This document shows, one piece after another, positions 1 to 11,460 of a stretch of DNA of 64,000 nucleotides. Both the position numbers and the translations under genes were made by a program. Under the pieces are notes generated by a model. The model searched no databases and was not told where the DNA came from. It worked only from the letters and a program-made list of their open reading frames with translations. Every line of letters begins with the position of its first letter. The stretch's first letter is position 1. Origin of the DNA: Chrysemys picta bellii (Eukaryota); the NCBI RefSeq assembly GCF_011386835.1, contig NC_088801.1, positions 10,664,001 to 10,728,000 on the forward strand, in the 5' to 3' direction.

Positions 1-210
1 AAGTGGAATTGGGAAACCACCTTTGGCAGAAACGTGGGATGCAGTTGGAGCGAGGACTTGTCCTGATGGAACGTGGTGAAAGGGTTTTTTTTGCCATCAT
101 GGTGGCTTCCAGCTCATCAACCATCCTCGCGGAGGTAATGGCAACAAGGAAAGCGATCTTCCTGGAGAGGACAGGGAAAGTGCAGGAGTCCAGCAGTTTG
201 AAGGAAGAGC
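1..210 (-). pseudogene. DIRS tyrosine recombinase fragment (continues beyond window start)
   Basis: Minus strand reads SFKLLDSCTFPVLSRKIAFLVAITSARMVDELEA...FTTFHQDKSSLQLHPTFLPKVVSQFH. This resembles the DIRS1 YR motif KVAFLVAITSARRVSEL...HPAFLPKVVSQFH. One frameshift in an A run. Confidence 0.8.
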
Positions 211-1130
211 AGACTTGTATATGGTCTGTCCACCAACAAAGACAACAGATGACCTCGGGTGGAATGCTGAGTCTGATGTCCATTGACTGATGCACAGGGG
301 AATAGATTCTTTGCAGCCATAGCTGTAGACAACAAAGGTGCAGGTGGGCAAAGGGCATGATGTATGAGCACGCTGCCATGTGCCCTAAGATGGAAAGGCA
401 GGTCCTGACCAAGATTGAAGGGTTGGAGGTTTATCAGGGACTGAATAGGGTAAAAAGTTGATTTTTCAACGCTGATGCTCACTCCTAGGGAGGAGATGAG
501 TAGAAGCAGCGAGGACATCAATGCACGAGCTTCCTCTTTGGACCATGCTGCCAACAGCCAGTTGTCCAGGCATGGGAAGACAAGAATTCCCTGACATTGT
601 AGGTGAGTCACTACCAAGAAAAAACTTTTGTAAAAATTCATGGGGCAGTGGTAAGTCCAAACAGGAGAACCCTGAATTGGAAGGGTCTATGCACCACTTT
701 GCACCTCAGGAACCTTCTGTGGGTCGGATGTATGTCAACATGGAAGTAGGTGTCTTGCATGTTGAGAGCTGTAAACTATCTGCCTTTTTCTAGTGAGGGA
801 ATGATGGCTGCAAGCATGACCATACGGAACTTCGGTTTGCGAACTGAGCAAGTGAGGTGACGGAGATCCAAGTTCAGTCTTCATCCCTCTTTCTTCTTGG
901 GTGCCAGGAAATAGTTTGAATAGTCCTCCTCTAGGGTAAAAATACTGCTGTGAAAGGGATCTCTATGCGGGGGTTAGGACGGGAGATGTGGAAGAGGCAG
1001 TGTCATAAACTCTATGGTGTAGCCATGTCAAAGACGTCCAAGACCCACTTGTCTGTTGTTGCAGCTTTCCAAGCTGGTAGAAAGCGTTTGAGACAACTCC
1101 CAAAAGGCGTGGAGGGTAGGAGCACTGATG
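211..1130 (-). pseudogene. DIRS reverse transcriptase, degenerate
   Basis: Minus strand: FLPAWKAATTDKWVLD...YFLAPKKKEG*RLNLDLRHL...KFRMVMLAAIIPSLEKGR*FTALNMQDTYFHVDIHPTHRRFL...FGLTTAP*IFTKV...GILVFPCLDNWLL. YLDD has decayed to CLDN. Stops and frameshifts present. Confidence 0.9.
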
Positions 1131-1249
1131 TACAGAGTGGTTGACGGCATTCTAGGCGCACTCAGAAATACCATTTTTGCGATGACTGAGTGCGTCATGG
1201 AGAGGTCCGAGTTGCCGGAACAGGTGGATGAGCTCTGTGTATCTTAGGG

Positions 1250-2277
1250 CGCTTCTGAGGAGGTTTATAGGCCCAATGGTGATAGAAGTGAGGAGTTCTA
1301 TAGCGTTGGACTAGTGGTGGATGATAACATTTTATCTTTGGTGCCAGTGTGTATATGCTCAAGGATCAAAAGATGGCTCTAGAGTCCTTTAGAGAGTGTA
1401 AGGAATCATGAGTTTTCTGGTTGAAGAGGTGTGATTCATGGAAGGGAAGGTCCTTGATTGTGTTCTGCACCTCTCCAGGGAGACCTTAGGAGTGTAACCA
1501 GGATTCCCTCCTCATGGCAATTCCAATCACCACGTAAGGACATGTCCGCTGAATCAACTGCAGCCTGAAGTATGGACCTGGCGACCAACTTGCCTTCCTG
1601 TATAATCTATTGGAATCAAGTACGATCCTGCTGAGGTAGTTTATCTGCAAATTCCTCCGTCCAGCCATGGTTTAAAAAAATCATACTTGGCCATCAGTGC
1701 CAAGTAATTAGAGATCTGGAACTGTAGTCCAGCCCAGGAGGCCTTTCAACAGATGAGGTCCAGTCTCTTACCCTCCCTGTCTGCCGAGGTGGAGCATGGG
1801 TGTTATGGTTTGATCCACTCTGACGCAGCCTGTATTAACAAGGAGTTATGTGGAGGTTCTGAAAATAAAAACACTGACCTTCTGGGGGGGGAGTAGTTCC
1901 TTTTCTCTGTCCCCTTTGGGGTCAGTGCACATGTGGCCGGGGTATGCCACATAGTGCATGCTGGTTGAAGAATGGCATCACTGATCAGTAAGGCCATACT
2001 TGTCAGTACCGATGCCTGCAGAATGTCTACTATCTGGTGCTGACTGTCTTGCATCTCTTCTAGGGGGATCTCAAGAGCACTGGCTGTTCTCCGTAAGAGT
2101 TCTTGAAACTGAAGGTCATTTGCCGGGGAGGAAGATGTCGATGACACAGCTGTGTTTGGAGACAATGAAGGGAATCTCTCCAAAACCACCAGTACCATTG
2201 GAGCCAGGCTGATTGGTGCTTCATCTAACTCCATTTCCGAACATCTATTGGACGAAGAGTGAGACAGTGAAACAGGA
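1250..2277 (-). pseudogene. DIRS ORF1 (gag-like, LAP2alpha-like C-terminal part), degenerate
   Basis: ORF 1803-2387 contains FQELLRRTASALEIPLEEMQDSQHQIVDILQ...WHTPATCALTPK. Downstream frames give EGKLVARSILQAAVDSAD and IAMRRESWLHS, typical of vertebrate DIRS1 ORF1. Confidence 0.8.
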
Positions 2278-2480
2278 GTTCTTCTTCGAGTGATGGTCCC
2301 TATTGTATTCCACAGAGGATTATTCACATGCTGCATGCCCCCGGAGCTTTTCAACGTAGTATTGCTCGGCAGTCCACGCATGCGCACTCATATTACCTCG
2401 TGGTTTCGCCCGAGGCAAAAAAAGGCGGGGCGGACCATCCACAGCTCCAGTTCCTTTTCACCACCGCATGGTCCGAGTAG
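2278..2480 (+). mobile_element. DIRS left terminal repeat, opposite orientation to the adjacent gag/RT
   Basis: Begins GTTCTTCTTCGAGTGATGGTCCCTATTGTATTCCAC, the characteristic DIRS terminus. Followed by GCATGCGCAC, a decayed TATA-like A run and a GC box. Confidence 0.7.
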
Positions 2481-2692
2481 GAGCTTCTGCTTGACCTCTT
2501 GTTTTAGTGACACATTTTAAAAAAATTTTACACAACTGTTTTTATTTTTGCTCGTAGTTAGGATTTTGTGTTTTTTCATTGTATTTTGGTAATTTCTAGC
2601 AGTTTTTATATATAAGGACTTGGGATGCCGCTTCAACAGTTTTTCCTGCCAGTCTTTCTCCTCCCCTGCCCCCCAGGTCTGGGTACTGGATT

Positions 2693-3100
2693 ATGCCGAA
2701 GATGCTGGGATTCAAAGTCTGTGCTTCCTGCCCTCGCTTGTTTTCCATCAGTGATGAACATTGTTTGTCCTGTTTTTGGGGAAAGTCCACATAAAGCTCC
2801 AGGTGCAGTGTCTGCCTCTCCTTCCCTGGCCAGACATGGGAAGGCAGAGCTCTCTGCCTCAAGAAGCACCTCATGGAGGTAGCAATGGGCCCAAAGTTGG
2901 ATCCTGGTTGGGGAACCCCCCACCCCTGTACATCAACTTGAACACTCCAAGAGCACTCCCCCTATTGCAGAGCCTCCATCAGGATCTGCTGGTACTAGTG
3001 CTATGGACTCTGCATCGGGGCCTACCGTGAGCCACAGAAGCATGCACATATGCATGGCAGTAAGTTTTCCTCTAAATCCAAGGAGGACGACAACAGCAGG
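2693..3100 (+). pseudogene. DIRS ORF1 N-terminus (Cys/His-rich), truncated
   Basis: ATG at 2693 gives MPKMLGFKVCASCPRLFSISDEHCLSC, then after a frameshift HISSRCSVCLSFPGQTWEGRALCLKKHLMEVAMGP. Homology fades near 3100. Confidence 0.7.
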
Positions 3101-6100
3101 ATCAAACGAGTTGGCCATTTGGAGCTCATGGCCCCAATATTTGCCTTCAGAACAGTCTCATTTGGCTTGGGAGAACCATTGGTTTTTTAGCAACTGATGC
3201 TGCCACTTGGTAAATAATCTGGGCTCTTTGGGACTGCGGCAATGTAACTGAGAGCAGAATCTGGCCCTCTATAGAAGAGCCTCTACTTTCCACACACAAG
3301 CTCAGAGTTACTCTGCAAACACAGTTCAAGTCAGGGATGTATCTCTGCTCTAAACCATGTTTTTGGTGCTGGGTTGTTTCCTTTTGTGGACAACACTGTC
3401 CTTAGGTTCCCCTAAGTCCCCTGATGAGACTGCTGATAACAGAAGCCCTTGCTGATAGAACGAATTATAGCAACATGTTGCCGGTGACTGCACCATTCGT
3501 CAATTTAAGTTTCATTAGAGTCAAGAGGCTAATTAAGCACTAAGGCATGTTTTATTAGGCCAGTATACACACCTCAGGTAAGCTCTGAGGCACAGGGTTG
3601 AGGGCTGACCGACTCCAATGACCTCCAGTCACTCAAAGAGCATATTAAAGATCCTGCAAAGGGGAACCTGGAGCTTCTTGTCACTAATAAAAATATAGCT
3701 GCAAAACCAAAATGCTAATGTATGTTTAAGGAAAAGTAATTGTACCTCGATGAATGAATGTGCGCCAAGGGCCTGTCTCAAAGCCAACTGAAGTCTGGCC
3801 ATTCATTCTGATGAGCTCTAAGGGTCCCACGGAGGGCCAGGATTTCGAGCTCTCAGCCTTTTTATCACCTCTCCTTTTGGACTCAATCTGTTCTAGCTGT
3901 TTAGATCCCTCTGCTGGCCAGATCCCCCTTTTCAGCTCTGCAACCACTTCCGAGTTTCTTCTTTCATTTCTGCTGTCCTAAGCATCTCGGATTTACCCTT
4001 ATTGCAAGCCTCCCTAAAAACTGCTCAGGCTTCAGTGTAAGCTTGTCCTTTCTACTTCCCTTCCAAGTCTCTCCTTTCCAGAAGCTCCTTATGAAGCCTT
4101 CCTCTTCCCCTAGACACATTCAACACTTCTGCTTCAGCCAACTTTATCTCCCAGTACCTTTCAGAATCTCTTCAGTCAGTCTTTCCAAGGAGACATATGT
4201 ATTCTGCGGCACATTGAGTATATAAAGCACATGTGTGTCTGGCTGATACCTACATAAGCAGCGTAATACCAAACTTTGGGGGTAAGGCACCCTTGCACTC
4301 ATTTCACTACCTGATCACAATGCATATGGCCAGCCCAGCCATGACACATTTTCTTAGCCCCTAGTAAACAAAACAAAACAAAACAAAAAAGTTATTTCTG
4401 TTTATTTCTCAAAGCTGTCTATGCACATTTAGCTACACTGCAAACTAACTAAGCAACAGGCTGCTACCCACCAGGCTGGAGATCATCTTGAATTTTTCAT
4501 TCATTTTCTCAGCTGTCTGAGCCATTTAAGTTTCACTGCCACAGCAAACATAGACTGGACTATTTCCGTGCCTCCTGATATGTGTGTCAATCAGAAAAAC
4601 AGCAGATGCCTATGGAATGACATGGTAAGACACCAGCTCTTAGGTCACTGAAGCTGGTAGAAGGATGCAGAACAGGAAAACAGGAGAATATGAATGTTCT
4701 TCTAGCTGCTTCCCCATCACCCACATGCTTACACCTGCAAGCAATATTTAGCAGTTTGAGGATTGACTGATCGGGGGCACCAGTACTTCACTCCCTGTTC
4801 CTCCTAACCTTGAGGGTTCCATCTCTTCTCACCTCCTACCTGGGGGGAGGGGGGCTTCCAGCCCCCTCGCCCCTTCCCTCTTCCTATTTCCAAACAAACT
4901 TTGTGGGGTTTCTTATTGTCAATGGTTCTGGAAACTTTGGGGACCTCATATGAAACCATGTGATCCATATGCATAATGAAGCCCATATTCTTGTACTATA
5001 CGAGTCTGAATAGCTAGTCCAAGGGCACCGTCACTGCATAAAATGATAGGCACAAAAAACATGCACAGAGTGGCCCACCCATCTGTGCGGGCTGGCACTA
5101 AAAATTCTGGCAACAGTATCTGAGGACTGATGGTGCCATTTAATGTGCTTTTCATTCATAAAATTGACAGGTGCATCTGCTTCCCCTCTCCTCCACCTCT
5201 GTGACTTGTGTTCCTTTCAACACACAGTTCTTCTCCCCAAAGGCTTTTTCTGCAACTTTCTGAAGCCATGCAAGCCATCTCAGATACATGGTGCAACAGT
5301 GGCTAAATGGAGAACACTAAGTACCACAGAGATGAGCCACAGACGCAAATCTGAACTTTCTTAAAGTTCATAGATATTCTGATTGAGAGTCTGGGTTTCG
5401 GCTGTTTTAATAGGTGATAGAGGCCAGTTGTAAAGTTTGCATCCAGTTCAGAATGTATTTAACGCTGATGGATTTAACGCTGATCTGATCTGAAAACTCC
5501 ATTCTATCTTGTGCTTTCAAACTCTTTAGCACTCAGCACACACTTCTCGGGGACTTTTGTAGATCCAGCTACTCAGTTACCTACAGGTGCCACAGCAGGT
5601 ATCCTCAGTACCTCCTTGTGTCACACAAATCCTGGTGACCTAAGTCATGTGTCCCCTCAGACTCTGATGCAACACTCTCACTGACTTCCTGGGCCAGACT
5701 TGTCTTTGGCCCAGTAACGTTGATTCGCAATCTATAATTAATTTGAGACTGCATTTTAATGAAGTAGATTAAGCTCACAATAATCCCTGTGTTATACTTG
5801 GACTACAAAGATACAGTTTTTGCCCAGAACTAACTAAGGTATCATTTCAAAAATGGAAAGCAGAGACTATAAAAAAAAAAAAGTTACACTGCATATGTAT
5901 TTGGTAAATGAAACCCATTTTTAATTTCTAAAGTATCTCATTACAAACCCATCCATCTGTCACCATCCTCACTTCCATTAAATAAGTGTTCCATAAGAGC
6001 TGCTGACAGCCTTTCGTGCCTGCAGCTAGGCCCAGAATCATGCTGTTCTCTTCTCTTTTCATTAAGATCTTTTGTTTTTACATCTTATGTTATTTATATC

Positions 6101-6691
6101 TGGAGGTGATTGGAATGCACGTATTGCAAACCCAGGGCCTGATTCTGCAAGATGCCGAGCATCTCCTGTAAGACCCTGAGGCCCCCCCCCCCCCCCCAAC
6201 TCCTACAAATGTCTACAGGAATGGAAGGAGCTCAGCATGTTGCTAGATGAGGTCTACAGGGACTGCTAAAGACAATCAATTCACAAGAATACACAGAGGG
6301 GGATTCTTCCATCTGCCCAGGACAGAAGAGGTGATTTTGGTTCCATGCTTGTTCAATGAACGGCACCCTGAGCCCAGATTGCCAGCTCCATCAACCTGCA
6401 CTTAGACCTGAGCTGGCAAAGTTATTTCTCTCCCTTACATGTTCCTTTCCAATAACCCTAATGGGGGCTGGTATCTGCAGTTAAAATACTCCTCTGAAAA
6501 GAGAGACACCACCACCAAGGTAGCTTCCAATATTCCTTATTCCAGCACAAACGTCTGCATTTCTTATCATTTACATTAGTAAATCTTTTTGTACTGACTC
6601 ATTTTGGACCTGACCCTGTGAGGTGCAGACAGCTCTCAAATCCCCCTGACAGCAGGGAGCACAGAGGGTGCTCAATACTCCACAACAGGCA

Positions 6692-6880
6692 CAATTAAGC
6701 AAAGCATTTAAGCATTCACTTAACTTTAAGCATGTGATTAAATCCATCTCCATTCAGCAAAGCATGTAAACATATGCTGAAGTCTGTTGATTTCAACAGA
6801 ACTAAAGCACCTTGCTGGACAATGATGGGCTTTAGCATGTGCTTAACGTTAATCAAATGCTTAAGTACTTTGCTGAATTG
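6692..6880. repeat. AT-rich palindromic MITE-like element
   Basis: Left arm CAATTAAGCAAAGCATTTAAGCATTCACTTAACTTTAAGCATG is an imperfect inverse of the right arm CATGTGCTTAACGTTAATCAAATGCTTAAGTACTTTGCTGAATTG. Centre AGTCTGTTGATTTCAACAGAACT is itself palindromic. Confidence 0.7.
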
Positions 6881-8899
6881 GGGTCAGCGTAAAGCCCTTT
6901 GGGCAAAATGCTGCCTACAGAAGCCAGCACATTTCCGCTACAAATTGCCATCATAAACCTCTTCATCCATTTAACACCAGTCAGAAAAATGTCAGTTCCA
7001 TAAAGTGCAACATACAGATTACTGTTGATGTAGACAAACTACTTTATAAGGCCATTTCTATGCTCATAAATATTTGATAATCTCCACAGAAGACAAAGTC
7101 CACACCATCAATGACAATGCTGACCTACCGTTTATGGAAAATCCGGTAGAGTTTAAAAGGAAATGATAACTTTCTATTGGTGTTAAATTACAGAATTTAA
7201 AAGAAACCACCTCTACTAGATGATTCTAAGGGTTGGATCAAGAAAACTCTTAAGAATGGATCTCATTTCATTCTATATAAAAAGTATTCTAAAAACCTAT
7301 TCCTTTTCTACCTAGCCTCACTGGTTTCCTCCTCATTAAATTCTATTCGACTTATCCATAAAGGCCTTGGTTTTTGTCTGCTAAGTACCAGGCACATTTT
7401 CCTTGCTCTATAAACAATAATTTATCAAAATCTAACTTCTTAATAATACAGAACAGAAGCTCAGTGCCCTAAAAGCCACTTCTGAAGTTCCACAGCAGTT
7501 AAATGTATTAAAACTGTGATACACAAGGCTGATAATCAGATAGAGTTGAAAGCGAATATAATGCTGTGTCTCAGAAAATAGATGCGCTAAGTATTGCACT
7601 GGGCAAATTATAGAACATTGCTGCAGACTGTGATGCCTATGAGGAATGGTCATGGAATTCAGCAAATTAGTTTTTGATGGGAGCAGAAGTGTGGAGAGGA
7701 GAACTGCACTGCAGCTAATCAAGTTGCTAATTGATTTCCCTTCAATGATCTCCAAAGCCTTAGGATGTGATAAAATGCAAGTTGTACATTTCATTTTCAA
7801 CCCAAACTAACCACACTGTATATCAGCAAAAGCCAGCATAACAACCTGGCTCTACCCCAAGTGACTGGGCTAACCATATGTGCTACAAGTCACCTGCAGG
7901 CGCTGAACATTATAATGGAACATTTAGGAGGCAGGAGGGATACGTACTGGAAAAAAAATCAAAAGGCCCAGATCACCATTAACCTGTATTAGTGGGTATA
8001 TACATTTTTCACCAGTGCAAATCAGCGTACAAGGATCAGGGCCATAGTGAATCAAGCCCTCTTATTATAACGAAAAATAACCTATTAAAACAGTGCACCT
8101 GATTCTGCTCAGACACTGGTCTTAGACTTATGTAACTCCTGATTTACAACAGTGTAAGATCAGAATCAGACCCTACGCGTAAGTGACATTAAGGGGAGGC
8201 ATACACCAGCCAAAGGAAGAAAGTTCTTATTTAAGGTTTGCTCTGGATCTGTAGGTGTATTGAGGATGAATTAAACAACCTAGCCCACAAAGAGTTTTAT
8301 CAAAGTCCTTGTACACTGAGAAATGGTATAGCCCCAGGTTAGCTGCTGTACAAGAGTTGTACAAATCAGCTACAACCACTCTTCCTAAATAAGTCAACAG
8401 GGACAAAGCAGGACTGATCAGACACTCAGATTAACTCTTTCTTCTTCTCCGGTTGTATTTATTTTAACCATTTTGCACCATTTATTCCTGGCAGGGCCTG
8501 TTTCCCTTCCTATCATGTGTCTGTCTTGTCTATTTAGATGGTAAGTTCTTCCAGACAGGAACTGTCTCTCGCTAGATGTCTGTACAGTGCATAGCAGAAT
8601 AGGGTCCTGATCTCAATCAAAACAAATGGGACTTACTGCAAAGTAAGGTAGACAAAATCTGGCCCTTAGTTTTTAAATGAAATTCTAAGTAATATGTTTT
8701 TGGTCAAGTACTTTGCCTTCTGTGTGTTCTTGCTAATGCTGAACGTTAGTTATTTCTCTCTCCGGAGCAGCTGCAATTATCATGTATTATTATTTATTTG
8801 TACTACAGAAGCTCTACACAGGGAGAAAAAACCTGCAGCTGACCCAGGTCAGAGGACTCCAGCTCCTGGGGCTTTCGTTCCTGTGTAGATGTACCCCCA

Positions 8900-9140
8900 G
8901 AGGCCTGGACTGAGATGGAGTCCCCATTGTACTGGCATTATGCAAACACACAGTGAGAGACAACCCCTGACACAAAGTGCTTACAATCTAAACAGACAAA
9001 ACAGGCAAATGGTGGGAGGGGAAACAGAGGCACACAGAGGCTCAAGCTCACACAGCAGGTCAGTGGCACAGCTAAGAACAGAGCCAGTTCTCTTGATTTC
9101 CAGTGTGCTGCCAGGTCCACAATACCACACTGCCTCCCAG
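8900..9140 (-). mobile_element. CORE/MIR-like SINE, old
   Basis: GGGGAAACAGAGGCACACAGAGG...CTCACACAGCAGGTCAGTGGCACAGCTAAGAACAGAGCC...CCACAATACCACACTGCCTCC resembles the reverse complement of the MIR core and tRNA-derived head. Confidence 0.6.
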
Positions 9141-9214
9141 GTTTATTTCTGTATAGCATTCTTCATAGAAATAGTATCACAGAATGTTTCTCAATCACCA
9201 GGTCAGTGCTAGCT

Positions 9215-9340
9215 GGAACGGAGCAGCACTGGGGGGGTTTAAGAACAGGTTAGACAGACACCTCTCAGGGATGATCTATGTTTAGTAGCTAGAGCAAAAA
9301 GGACTGGATACAGGATGCACAGGTCCTATTCTTAATTCCA
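9215..9340 (+). mobile_element. CR1 LINE 3' fragment
   Basis: GGTTTAAGAACAGGTTAGACAGACACCTCTCAGGGATGATCTA resembles the CR1 3' end. Confidence 0.5.
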
Positions 9341-9959
9341 ACATGGATTTGGTGTGTGATCTTAGGCAAGTCAATCACCTCTGACTTTGTTTGCCACTGT
9401 GAAACTGGCATCACTGTTCTGTAGCTGTAAACTTTCATTTGCCCTGCAGGGGATTCCATTGAATAACACTGGGTTCCTGTAAATCAGACACTCCTCTTTC
9501 CTGTAGTGTTGGGTAGGAATTTACAGCTCCAAACTCTATATTTCCTTATCTCAAAGGGTTATTGTGTGAGGCTTAATAGACCACAGTTTCTAAAGCACTC
9601 TAGGATGAAAAGCACTGTACAAGTGCAAAGTATTATTATTAAAGATTATTGTCTAAAGCTTTACTGAAGAGCATTTGATACCAAGTACAAATTTTTTTCC
9701 AGCCCTCTAGAACTAAAATGGTATAAAACTAGATTAAAATGTTTTTCTAAAGTAAGTGCTAAAGATAATCACAGCCAGGGTACAACTTGCATTCCCATTT
9801 CAGCTCTTTGTTGTTTTAAGGACATAGATACAAAGGAATTAAAAAAATGAAATAAAAATCACAGTTTATAATAGAATGGCCAATTCATCTTTAAAAAGAG
9901 ACTGTCAACTTCAAATTCGTAACTTAAACAAGCAAATTTCCTTGCTAGTTGCTCTAATC

Positions 9960-10704
9960 CAGTGGTTCCCAAACTGGGGTTCGTGAACCCCTGGGGGGTT
10001 CACAAAATGTTACAGGGGGTTCTCGGGAAAAAATTTCCTAATGGTGGCCAGAGCTGTTCCTAGGGACCCCAGGCAGCACGGGGCCAGCAACCCGGAGCCC
10101 CTGGACTTCTGAGAGCTACACATTTCAAAGCAAGCTGATCTATCGCACTGAGGAGATTTAAACTTCAAGACTCCTTATAAGAAATAGAAAGGGAGGTGGA
10201 TATTTTTTGCTGTTTTTAAAATTAATTAGGCAGCTACTATTGTTTTAAAAATTATTATGAAGAACAAGTTTAAGCTTTGTTGTAACGTGTGTTGTTTGCC
10301 TGGACTGCTCAAGACCTGAATGCTTGTGTAGGAAGAACTCTTTGAGTTGGCGTCTTAAATACCTTCATGCTGTTTCACATCTGATACTCCTTGATGAAAT
10401 ATAGGAGCCTTGTCTCATAACAGGCTTATTCAAAGTGATACATGCTACGAAAATGAGATCTTGGAAGAGTGTTGCTGTTTTCATAATGTAATAAAATTAC
10501 TGTAATGATAAATAATAATTAATAAATAGTGTGTAATAAGCATATCATAAAAACAAATTTTATATGTCCAAGATCACTGCTTTTATGAATTATACTCATG
10601 TAATGGAGAAAATCCCTGGAAATATTCGTTTTTAGAAGGGGGTTCGTGAAACTTGACATTTTAGTGAAAGGGGTTCACAGATTGTTAAAGTTTGGGAATC
10701 ACTG
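9960..10704. mobile_element. Non-autonomous hAT (Charlie-type) DNA transposon
   Basis: TIRs CAGTGGTTCCCAAACT and AGTTTGGGAATCACTG. 8-bp TSD CTCTAATC (9952-9959) vs GTCTAATC (10705-10712). Confidence 0.9.
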
Positions 10705-11109
10705 GTCTAATCTTACCCTCAGTCATTCTGGTGTATATCCAGTCTAACCAAACTGACTTCCACTGAGAACAGAACTTGAGCCCTTAACAATAATGTAAAC
10801 TTAGATAGTTGAAACAGGAAGTATTTTTTAATTTCCAATTTACTTTTCACTAATTACTTTTTGCATTTCTTGCACTGCACAAAGTACAGTCAATGACATT
10901 CATGTCATTTTGTTTACAAATCATTGCTCAAAACTGCAATATTTGGTTGCAAATACTGCAGAAGAACATTTTTTGTTTAAAAACAACTATATCTATTGGC
11001 AGTTAGAAAAAAAACAAATATTTCTATTGGTTGTAAGTTTGTAAAAGCACATGTTTACAAAGTCAAAGTTTGGTCCAAATGCAAGTTGATCGTGTTCCTT
11101 CACTGAGAT

Positions 11110-11460
11110 TAAAGTTGGGTGGGAAATGATTTTTCCGGCCTGTGAAAAATAAGATTTCAAAAATTTTCCTGTTCCGTATCAGAACAAAACCAAATATCCC
11201 AGATGATAGTCTTAACCACCAGGCAACTGGCTATCCTGGGGTGGGTTAAATATTCCTTGTAATGGGGACTCAAACTTGGGTCTCATACATCCCAAGTCAA
11301 CGCTGCTGGACTAGCAGGTCAGTCTTGCTTGGTCTCTCTGACCCAATGAATATATAGTTATTTATACAAAACAGAAGAGCTCAAATAGGAGAGACTGAAC
11401 AAGCCCTATCCCAGAACAGCCATTAGCCTGGCGGTTATGCTAACCACTGAGCTATTCTGT
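11110..11460. repeat. Degenerate copy of the MITE family that carries tRNA-like units
   Basis: Shares ATTTATACA..AG.AGAGC..AATAGGAGAGAC and GGGACTCAAACTTGGGTCTC segments with 21838-22433 and 23880-24408. Termini are decayed. Confidence 0.45.
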
